From Macrostomum lignano (taxonomy: Eukaryota), in the NCBI GenBank assembly GCA_002269645.1, contig NIVC01000860.1, positions 1 through 64,000 on the forward strand: a DNA stretch of 64,000 nucleotides, in the 5' to 3' direction. Below are positions 13,343-24,429 of this stretch, piece by piece. Under the pieces are notes generated by a model. It was not told the origin of the DNA. It did not search any database and saw only the letters and a list, made by a program, of their open reading frames with translations. The stretch's first letter is position 1, and each line of letters begins with the position of its first letter. A program made the position numbers and the translations under genes.

Positions 13343-16300
13343 TCAGTCGTTCTCGACAGCCGGCTCGGATCCCAGTCCCAGGCCCCAGTTGCGCAGCTGC
13401 TGCATGGCGGCATTCAAAGCGGCGCACCAAACCAGCCGTTGATCGCGATATTCGCAGTTCAACAGCAGCAAATTGTCCGTCTGAGAGGCGCTACCTGCCA
13501 GACGCAAGCTGAGCGTGTGCCGACGAACGCAGACCTCCTCGGGCGCGAGGCCGACAGTCTGGTCAGAAGGGCAGCGGGTCAGATCTACCGACTGCAGGCA
13601 GGGCAGGCCCTGTTCGCTGTCCTCAGGTTGGGACCAGGCCCGCAGCCGCTCCGGGGTCAGCACCGTCCACAGGCGGGCCCAGGCGGCCAGATCGCCGACC
13701 ACGCGGTGCCAGGACACGTAGCCGGACAGGCTGGCGCGCGGCGACGGCGTCACGCGGATCTGACAGCGAGCGGCCAGCTGGGTGGCCAGCGGACAGGCCG
13801 CTGTAGAAGCCGACGACGACGTTGTTGAAGGACGTCGCAGTGTCAGCAGCGACGCGGCGGCGGCGTCGGCCTCGGCAGTGGCACCGACGCTGTCGCGCAG
13901 TTGAAGACAAGTTTCGCCGACTAGCTGGAATCCGGCAGCTTCAGCTTGTTCAAGACTGGCCAGCATCGAGGCGGCGGTGGCAGATGCGCCAGCTGACGCG
14001 GAGTTCTTTCCACCAATGAGGGCCGACTTGATGCTCGGCGAGCGGGACACGGCGCCGCTGTTGAACGAGAAATTCAATAGTCTACGACGCTTCACGTGCG
14101 ACACGGCGGAGCCAGCGGCAGGGGAGGCGGCTGACAGCAGGCTGCCGGAGCCACTGCTGCTGGCAGGGTCGTCAAGAGCGGGCATCCAGTAGATGCTCAG
14201 CATGATCTGCGTTTGATTTTGGTGCCAAGTATAAATTATGCTTGATTTTTTCGCCAAAAATGAATTAGGCTTGATTTTGGCGCCAAGAATGAATGATGCT
14301 TGATTTTGACGCCAATAATTAATGATGCTTGATTTTTGGCGCCAAGAATGAATGATGCTTGATTTTTGGCGCCAATAATGAATAATGCTTGATTTTTGGC
14401 GCCAAGAATGAATGATGCTTCATTTTGGCGCCAATAATTAATGATGCTTGATTTTTGGCGCCAAGAATGAATGATGCTTGATTTTGGCGCCAATAATTAA
14501 TGATGCTTGTTTTGGCGCCAAGACTGAATGATACTCGATTTTTGGCGCCAAGAATGACTGATGCTTGTTTTGGCGCCAAGACTGAATGATACTCGATTTT
14601 TGGCGCCAAGAATGAATGATGTTTGATTTTGGCGCCAAGAATGATTGCTAATATCAAGCTTTGCCTATCAATCAACTCACCTGAAAATTGTACTTCAGCT
14701 GGTTGACGCTGACGCAGTTGGGAATCTCCAGCATCACGGGCTTTGAGGACACTGCATCGGGCAGCGTGGCCGACACCAGCTCCGTGGCAATGACGCGGCC
14801 TTCTGGGCAGAGCAGCAGACAGGCGAAATGGTGACGCCAATGATGAGGCATCAGCGGCAGCTGGGTCAGGCTCAGGCGCAATCCGCTCACAGTCAGAGTG
14901 GCCAGCAGCTCAAAACTGGCGCCAATTGCGTGGGCGGAGGCAGCGGCCGCGGTTGACGACGAAGCCGAAGATGCGATTGAAACGGCGTCCTCGGCGGATT
15001 CCAGCTGCCGCAGCTGCTCCTTGAGGCGGGCGGCCTCGGCCAGGTAATGCCGCCTGCGCTCCCCGGCCAGCAGCAGGATGCGGCAGGTCTCCACGGACTG
15101 GGAGGCGGTGGTGCACAGTGGCCGGGCCTTGCTGGCCTGGCGGAGCACCTGATGTCGGGGAGCAGGAGATGGGAGATTGGGTGACTGAGTGACTGAGATG
15201 CTGTGTGGGGTAGGTCGAGGCCTAGTGGTCTGGCCAGCGGCCCAGGCTCGATTCCAAGTGCAGTCAGTCACATTAATTTGCGGCTAAATTGGAATCTCGG
15301 CTTGGCTCTGCTCGTGCAATTAACACCCAGCTTGAGGGCCAATCCCCAAGGCACAGTGACGTGTACATGCCCAACGATAAATAAAGTTAGGGCCGCTGTA
15401 CACTCCTGTGTGAGTGTGTGCCTACTGCCTGCTCAGGGGAGTCGGCGGAATGGGCAGCAGTGCCTCTTGCCACTGACAATACAATCCAAGACAGACAATG
15501 AGGGCCTTGCTTAAAGCCACTAACCGACTCCTCCAGCATGACCAGCTGCTCCAGTCGATCCAGTCGCTCTTTCAAGTCGCCAGTCAAAGCGACACCCTCA
15601 TCAGCGAGCTGAGAAGTCGGAGATGTCGGGCCTCGAGTTGGAGCGGACTCCCACTGGGTGAGCAGGGCCTGCTGACTCTGACGATACTGCTCGATGGTGA
15701 TTGGCGGCGTGCGACTGGGAGACACCGTCTGCTTGCAGGGCGAACGAAAGTCGTGCTGCGGAGTAGGTTGCTGCTGCTGCTGCTGGAAGCTGGAGATGTC
15801 TTCCCGCTTCAAGGCTCGGATCGCCCTGTAATGAGTTGATTTGGAGCTCACATTGTGCATGTGCTGACTCATGTCTTGGAAAGCGGATTCTGACACTCAA
15901 TGAGCCACTGGAGTCTCTTCTCTGACTCATCGACAGAGTCTGACTCTCGCCTCTGACTCTCATCAGCAGATTCTTACTCTCGCCTCTGATTCTCATCAGC
16001 AGATTCTTACTCTCGCCTCTGACTCTCATCAGCAGATTCTTACTCTCGCCTCTGACTCTCATCAGCAGATTCTGACTCTCCTCTGACTCTCCTTAGCAGA
16101 ATCTGACTCTTCCCTCTGACTCATCAGCAGATTCTGATTCTCCCCTCTGACTCCCATCAGCAGATTCTTACACTCCCCTCTTGACTATCATCTGCAGATT
16201 CTGACTCTCCTCTGACTCTCCTCAGCAGAATCTGACTCTTCCCTCTGACTCATCAGCAGATTCTGACACTTAATGGGCCACTGCTGACACTTTTTTGAAT

Positions 16301-17462
16301 CATTGGCGGATTCCGACTGAAAATATGCTGTGTCCATCGAATTAAGAGTATCTAAACTATAGGTACGATGCCTCATCATAATTCACCTATTCTCAGGCGT
16401 TCGAGTCTCCACAGATTCAGCTTCCATGGGACGAAGAGGCGGCAAAACGGCTGGCGATTTTTCCACCAGACTATTAGCATCACCGGCGCAGAAAACGTTG
16501 GGCATTTCTGTCATCAGCATCCGGTCGAAGGAGCCAGACGAGTCGCTTCGTTGGCGATCTTTGACAACACCGTCGCCGACAACTTCGAGGTCTGCCTCTT
16601 GGCTCTTAGTCGTTGAAGCGGCTGTCTCGCCAGCTTCAGTAGCACCAGCAATAGCATCCATTGGTTCATTGTCAACCTTCTCAGCGGCTTCAGACTCTTC
16701 TTCTATCGGTTCAGTAACATCAGGCTCTTCATCATTCTTAACCTTATCAGCAGCTTCAGACTCTTCTTCTATCGGTTCAGTAACACCAGGCTCTTCATCA
16801 TTTTTAACCTTCTCAGCGTCAGACTCTTCTATCGGTTCAGTAAGATCAGGCTCTTCATCATTCTTAACCTCAGCGGCTTCAGGCTCTTCTATTAGTTCAG
16901 TAACATCATGCTCTTCATCATTCTCAACCTTCTCAGCAGCTTCAGAATCTTCTGTTGGTTTAAAAGAAGCAACATCGATGAAATTCTCTCCAACAATCGG
17001 AATCTGGTCTGCCAAGCCAGCATCATCCTTCTTCTGCTCGGATCTGTGCACCTTAGCGACCGCCGATATTGAGCAAGATTGAGCCTGGGCTGCTAGCAAT
17101 TTTTGGCGCATAGCGGCAACCAAACCGCCAGCCGGAGGCGCGTCGGCCTCTTCGGCTGTCTTCTCTTCCTGTTTCTGCTGCTTATTCTCATTCACTTCAA
17201 CTCGATCTAGTGTTGATGAAGAAGCAAACTTATTTGGAGTCTTTGCTCCCGGCTGTTCCTGCTTTCTTTTCCTAATTAAACTGTACAAACTGCTGCTCCC
17301 GGCTTCGGGTTGGTCATCGGCATCCGACACTGTCACTACGGGTACAGCGCGATGTACTTTGTCTTTGACTGCGTCTGCTACTGAAGCCGACGGGGCGGAG
17401 TTTTCCTTCTCGGCTAGGAAGTTCTGTTGCTTCCGCTGTGAACTAAAAGTTTCACTTTCCAT
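13343..17462 (-). CDS. ANLN: Anillin (anillin-homology RBD/C2 region plus C-terminal PH domain), 4 exons
   Basis: Exons 17462-16387, 15825-15525, 15148-14681 and 14206-13343 with phase-compatible GT-AG junctions. LEES|VLRQASKA...RILLLAGERR matches the anillin AHD. GYVSWHRVVGDLAAWARLWTVL...CVRRHTLSL...QRLVWCAALN matches the anillin PH domain. Confidence 0.85.
14225..14645. repeat. 29-30 bp minisatellite filling anillin intron 3
   Basis: Unit GGCGCCAAGAATGAATGATGCTTGATTTTT. Confidence 0.93.
15207..15480 (+). mobile_element. tRNA-derived SINE family 2, copy A (anillin intron 2)
   Basis: Degenerate tRNA-like head (GGCTCGATTCC). About 230 bp of body is shared with 53641-54010. Confidence 0.7.
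15935..16265. repeat. 33-bp minisatellite in anillin intron 1
   Basis: Unit CTCTGACTCTCATCAGCAGATTCTTACTCTCGC. Confidence 0.88.
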
Positions 17463-17619
17463 GCTTTTTTGCTTAAAATTTATTACAAAAAGTAAAGAAT
17501 AATCTTGCTCGCCAGCAGAAATGGTAGAAGTTTCACATAATAATATGAGTGTTTCATAAATACACATGATGTTATTTTCTTGGCTACATAATATTGTGTG
17601 AGATAGTATGCTGGGGTTA

Positions 17620-18070
17620 GAGGGCGCGGGATAGGAAAGTGGGGGTGAATTTAGCAGGGGTAGGAAAGTGGGGAGTGGGGTTGGAGTGGGTATGAAAGTG
17701 GGTGGTGGGGTTCAGGGGTAGGAAAGTGAGTGGTGGGGTTCAGGGGTAGGAAAGTGAGTGGTGGGGTTTAGGGGTAGGAAAGTGGGTGGTGGGGTTGAGG
17801 GGTAGGAAAGTGGGTGGTGGGGTTGAGGGGTAGAAAGTGGGTGGTGGCGTTGAGGGGGTAGGAAAGTGGGGGTGAATTTAGCACGGGTAAGAAAGTGGGT
17901 GGTGGGGTTGAGGGGTAGGAAAGTGGGTGGTGGCGTTGAGGGGTAGGAAAGTGGGTGGTGGCGTTGAGGGGTAGGAAAGTGGGTGGTGGCGTTGAGGGGT
18001 AGGAAAGTGGGGTGAATTTAGCACGGGTAGGAAAGTGGGCGGTGGGGTTGAGGGGTAGGAAAGTGGGGTG
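17620..18070. repeat. 28-bp G-rich minisatellite
   Basis: Unit GGGGTAGGAAAGTGGGTGGTGGGGTTGA. Confidence 0.9.
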
Positions 18071-18584
18071 GGTGGACAGGGGTTCACCTACACGAGTTAA
18101 CGAAAAATAATATATAGCACCAAGCCAGTTCTCAAGGACGCACAAAACAGTATATAGATATTAGACGCCAAACTATAGCATTGCATTTGTACTTTTATTA
18201 GAAGTTAGCTGATACTAGAATAACAAACATAAAGCAGAGAAGTACAAAAGATGATTAATTTCCAGTGGCTTCTTACGCACACACACGATATAAATAGCTG
18301 AATAAATACGGTATACGGAGATAACCGGTTTGAAATTTAGCTTATAATAGGTAATAATTATCAACATAGGCATTTGCTATTATAGAACAGTTTTTAAAGT
18401 GCTACCTAACTGATTTTATTAGTACTTAATCATTACCCTACCCAGATATTCCACGCTACGAGCTAAATGCTTTGCAGAGTCCGAAAAAACAGGCAATGTT
18501 GAATGCATGGGCGGTTAAGAGCAACTGCCTGGAGTCTGCAGTAGACAATATTTAATAGGTCTTAGTTCGGTTGAGATACAGGTG

Positions 18585-18870
18585 CTGGTGGGGGATTCTG
18601 GCGGATGGGATGCCAGTGTGGGATTCTGACGGATGGGACGCGGGTGTGGGATTCTGGCGGATGGGATGCTGGTGGGGGATTCTGGCGGATGGGATGCTGG
18701 TGGGGGATTCTGGCGGATGGGATGCTGGTGTGGGATTCTGGCGGATGGGATGCTGGTGTGGGATTCTGGCGGATGGGACGCGGGTGTGGGATTCTGGCGG
18801 ATGGGATGCTGGTGGGGGATTCTGGCGGATGGGATGCTGGTGTGGGATTCCGGTGGATTGGATGCCGATG
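18585..18870. repeat. 28-bp minisatellite
   Basis: Unit GGGATTCTGGCGGATGGGATGCTGGTGT. Confidence 0.93.
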
Positions 18871-19001
18871 TATGGGACGCCATTAATATTTTAAGACGAA
18901 AAACCGCAAACAAGACCGAAAAGTTCAGCAGCCCCTTATCTTCCTACCATCGGCAGCAACAACAAAGTAGGTAAAATAAAAATTTAAACTGTTGTGCCAT
19001 C

Positions 19002-19388
19002 TTAACGACCGCCTCGGCCGCCTCGCCCGCGACCGCGCGGCGGACCTCCGCGCCCGCGACCGCGTCCACGACCCCGGCCTCGGCCGCCAACGGGTCCGGC
19101 GGGTCCGGAGCCTTCCTTCTTCTTCTTGATCTTCGGGGTGTCGTCGACTAGCAGAGTGTCCAGCGGCAGGTTGTCCGGTAGGATTATGTACCGGATGTTG
19201 TTGCCGCGGATACTGAGAAAGTCCAGCGTGATTGGGTCTTTGTTTTTAAGAGTCATTTTCACCTGACGCAGGTGGGTGTTCATAGCGACGTCGACGCCGA
19301 TGATGGTGCCGTGGACAACCGTGCCATTCTTCAGCTCGATGGTGACGCTCTCGTGCGAGAGCTTCATCAGGAATCGGACCAGCTTCAT
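19002..19388 (-). CDS. SNRPD1: Small nuclear ribonucleoprotein Sm D1, intronless
   Basis: [29 protein letters not shown]...[22 protein letters not shown] plus an RG-repeat tail. Confidence 0.98.
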   Translation of the reverse strand: MKLVRFLMKLSHESVTIELKNGTVVHGTIIGVDVAMNTHLRQVKMTLKNKDPITLDFLSIRGNNIRYIILPDNLPLDTLLVDDTPKIKKKKEGSGPAGPVGGRGRGRGRGRGRGGPPRGRGRGGRGGR

Positions 19389-19439
19389 TGGGAGGCTGCT
19401 GGGAGCTGAAGTAGTGAATGGGATGCTAATATGGTTATT

Positions 19440-19910
19440 TCAAAGATGCTAATAGGGGTACTTCTGAGATGCTAATAGGGGTATTTCTGAGATGCTAATA
19501 GGGGTATTTCTGAGATGCTAATAGGGGTATTTCTGAGATGCTAATAGGGGTACTTCTGAGATGCTAATAGGGGTACTTCTGAGATGCTAATAGGGGTATT
19601 TCTGAGATGCTAATAGGGGTACTTCTGAGATGCTAATAGGGGTACTTCTGAGATGCTAATAGGGGTACTTCTGAGATGCTAATAGGGGTACTTCTGAGAT
19701 GCTAATAGGGGTACTTCTGAGATGATAACAGGGGTATTTCTGAGATGCTAATAGGGTATTTCTGAGATGCTAATAGGGGTATTTCTGAGATGCTAATAGG
19801 GGTATTTCTGAGATGATAACAGGGGTATTTCTGAGATGCTAATAGGGTATTTCTGAGATGCTAATAGGGGTACTTCTGAGATGATAACAGGGGTATTTCT
19901 GAGATCCTAA
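19440..19910. repeat. 23-bp minisatellite upstream of the SmD1 acceptor
   Basis: Unit CTGAGATGCTAATAGGGGTACTT. Confidence 0.95.
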
Positions 19911-20065
19911 TAGGAGGGATTCCTGGGATGCTTAAAGGAATTCACGCGAGATAAAAGATCAAACAAAAATATATAAAAAACAACACTAAAAAATTAGCAC
20001 AAAAATACAGCAAATGCATTGCACATTATATTTTAGATTAAAAATACTCTCTGTTAACTTCTGCA

Positions 20066-21490
20066 CTATAAAAGCATGACCTCCAGCTCGGATATCAGCG
20101 GGCACGAATCCGCATTGCCGTAATACAGGCGCAACAGGCGCAAGCAAATATCGGCAGTCTGTTGCAGCCTGTCCCGCTCCCCAGCCAGTGCCAGCAACTC
20201 GCTGGCCTTGAACAGCTCCTTGCCATACTCGACGGACTCGCCGCCGAATTGCACTTTTACAATGGTGGCCGACCTGATGGCGTGACCGGCGGCCTGACGG
20301 TGCTTGCCTAGCCGGGAGAAACACCTGGCAGAGTCCGATTTTAGGGGATAGGGATTAGATGCAAATATCAACACTATAACAACACAGTTAAAATTGTCTG
20401 TACAAACAAGTACATATACGAGATTTACAAAATATTAATTCACACTAAGTCATCTACATTAAACCATAAAAAAACTATTATCTCATGAGTCATAACTTAA
20501 CTCTGATCCCAAATTCAAAACTATGACACACTCTACCCACTCATCCGATACTTGACCCTCTGACCCCACACCTTACCCTCTGATCCCACACTCTACCCAC
20601 TGATCCCACACTCTACCCACTGATCCCACTCTACCCCCTGATCCCACACTCTACCCCTGATCTCACACTCTACCCCCTGATCCCACACTCTACCAACTGA
20701 TCTCACACTCTACCCCTGATCCCACACTCTACCCTCTGATCCCACACTCTACCCTCTAAACCCACACTCTACCCACTGATCCCACACTACCCCTGATCCC
20801 ACACTCTACCCTCTGATCCCACACTCTACCCTCTGATCCCACACTCTACTCTCTGATCCCACACTCTAACCACTGATCCCACACTCTACCCTCTGATCCC
20901 ACACTCTACCCTCTGATCCCACACTCTACTCTCTGATCCCACACTCTACCCTCTGATCCCACACTCTACCCTCTGATCCCACACTCTACTCTCTGATCCC
21001 ACACTCTAACCACTGATCCCACACTTTAACCACTGGTCCCACACTTTAACCACTGATCCCACAATTTACCCAATGATACCATAGTCTTTCCACTGCTTCT
21101 ACACCTTTAATATTGTTTTCAAATTCCTGAAACGCACTTCTAAGCGCCTCTCTACCTTTAACGCGAAATCCAATATACATTAAAAGAAAACAATGAATTT
21201 AGGAGCTACATACAAAAAATGAAAACGCACTTAGCCTGCAGATCGTGGCACCTGCCAAGCCGGCTGTTGCCCGAATGCGCGCAGGCCGTCAGCCTGGCCT
21301 GGCAGTTGCGCAGCAAAGCGAGCGCTTCGGCCGGGCGATCCTCGGCTAGCAGTGCGGCCTGCGTCAGCTGGGAGTTCGCCGCGTCCAGCTTGGATGCCAG
21401 GCTGGCCAGCAATGTGGGGTCCGAGAATGCGGAGCGGCAGCTGAGGCAGACTAGACGGGGCTCCTGTGAAGAGATAGATATGGATAGATT

Positions 21491-21537
<47 letters not shown>

Positions 21538-21584
21538 GGATGGATAGATAGATGGATGGATAGATAGATAAGATACATAGATAC

Positions 21585-21629
<45 letters not shown>

Positions 21630-21884
21630 GATGGACAGACATACAGAGAGACAGACAGACAGACAGACACTAAGACAGACAGACAGACAGACAGACAGAG
21701 AGATGGACACACAGACGCTAAGACAGACAAACAGACAGACAGACAGAGACAGATGACAGATAGACAGACAGACAGAAAGACACTAAGAAGGAAAGACAAA
21801 CAAACACAGACAGACAGACAGACACACAGACAGACAGACAGACACACAGACAGACAGACAGACAGACAGACAGACGACAGACAC

Positions 21885-21927
<43 letters not shown>

Positions 21928-21951
21928 CACAGACAGACAGACGACAGACAC

Positions 21952-21994
<43 letters not shown>

Positions 21995-22051
21995 CACAGA
22001 CAGACAGACACACAGACAGACACACAGACAGACAGACAGACAGACAGACAC

Positions 22052-22086
<35 letters not shown>

Positions 22087-22103
22087 CACAGACAGACAGA
22101 CAC

Positions 22104-22144
<41 letters not shown>

Positions 22145-22147
22145 TAC

Positions 22148-22188
<41 letters not shown>

Positions 22189-22277
22189 AAGACACTAAGA
22201 AGGACAGACAAACAAACACAGACAGACAGACAGACACACAGACAGACAGACAGACACACAGACAGACAGACAGACAC

Positions 22278-22324
<47 letters not shown>

Positions 22325-22357
22325 CACAGACAGACAGACACACAGACAGACAGACAC

Positions 22358-22402
<45 letters not shown>

Positions 22403-22405
22403 TAC

Positions 22406-22438
<33 letters not shown>

Positions 22439-22507
22439 AAGACACTAAGAAGGACAGACAAACAAACACAGACAGACAGACAGACACACAGACAGACAGA
22501 CAGACAC

Positions 22508-22553
<46 letters not shown>

Positions 22554-22562
22554 GACAGACAC

Positions 22563-22609
<47 letters not shown>

Positions 22610-22666
22610 CACAGACAGACAGACACACAGACAGACACACAGACAGACAGACAGACAGACAGACAC

Positions 22667-22701
<35 letters not shown>

Positions 22702-22718
22702 CACAGACAGACAGACAC

Positions 22719-22753
<35 letters not shown>

Positions 22754-22770
22754 CACAGACAGACAGACAC

Positions 22771-22811
<41 letters not shown>

Positions 22812-22814
22812 TAC

Positions 22815-22847
<33 letters not shown>

Positions 22848-22936
22848 AAGACACTAAGAAGGACAGACAAACAAACACAGACAGACAGACAGACACACAG
22901 ACAGACAGACAGACACACAGACAGACAGACAGACAC

Positions 22937-22979
<43 letters not shown>

Positions 22980-23012
22980 CACAGACAGACAGACACACAG
23001 ACAGACAGACAC

Positions 23013-23049
<37 letters not shown>

Positions 23050-23052
23050 TAC

Positions 23053-23089
<37 letters not shown>

Positions 23090-23158
23090 AAGACACTAAG
23101 AAGGACAGACAAACAAACACAGACAGACAGACAGACACACAGACAGACAGACAGACAC

Positions 23159-23200
<42 letters not shown>

Positions 23201-23209
23201 GACAGACAC

Positions 23210-23260
<51 letters not shown>

Positions 23261-23357
23261 CACAGACAGACAGACACACAGACAGACACACAGACAGACA
23301 GACAGACAGACAGACACACAGACAGACAGACAGACAGACACACAGACAGACAGACAC

Positions 23358-23403
<46 letters not shown>

Positions 23404-23412
23404 GACAGACAC

Positions 23413-23459
<47 letters not shown>

Positions 23460-23460
23460 C

Positions 23461-23491
<31 letters not shown>

Positions 23492-23524
23492 CACAGACAG
23501 ACACACAGACAGACAGACAGACAC

Positions 23525-23555
<31 letters not shown>

Positions 23556-23604
23556 CACAGACAGACAGACACACAGACAGACAGACACACAGACAGACAG
23601 ACAC

Positions 23605-23653
<49 letters not shown>

Positions 23654-23656
23654 TAC

Positions 23657-23691
<35 letters not shown>

Positions 23692-23694
23692 CGC

Positions 23695-23735
<41 letters not shown>

Positions 23736-23832
23736 CACAGACAGACATCCAGACAGACAGACAGACATCCAGACAGACAGACAGACACACAGACAGACAG
23801 ACAGACAGACAGACATACAGACAGACAGACAC

Positions 23833-23891
<59 letters not shown>

Positions 23892-23942
23892 CAGACAGAC
23901 AGACAGACAGACAGACATACAGACAGACAGACAGACAGACAC

Positions 23943-23989
<47 letters not shown>

Positions 23990-24136
23990 TACAGACAGAC
24001 AGACACACAGACAGACAGACAGACAGACAGACACACAGACAGACACGCAGACAGACAGACAGACAGACAGACAGACACACAGACAGACAGACAGACACTA
24101 AGACACAGACAGACAGACAGACATACAGACAGACAC

Positions 24137-24179
<43 letters not shown>

Positions 24180-24230
24180 CACACAGACAGACAGACAGAC
24201 AGACAGACACACAGACAGACAGACAGACAC

Positions 24231-24265
<35 letters not shown>

Positions 24266-24266
24266 C

Positions 24267-24305
<39 letters not shown>

Positions 24306-24348
24306 CACACAGACAGACAGACAGACACACAGACAGACAGACAGACAC

Positions 24349-24429
<81 letters not shown>

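Noticed and set aside
21206-24350. ORFs up to 717 aa (SVCL repeats)
   Set aside because: (GACA)n intronic microsatellite; only 21463-21231 is a real exon.
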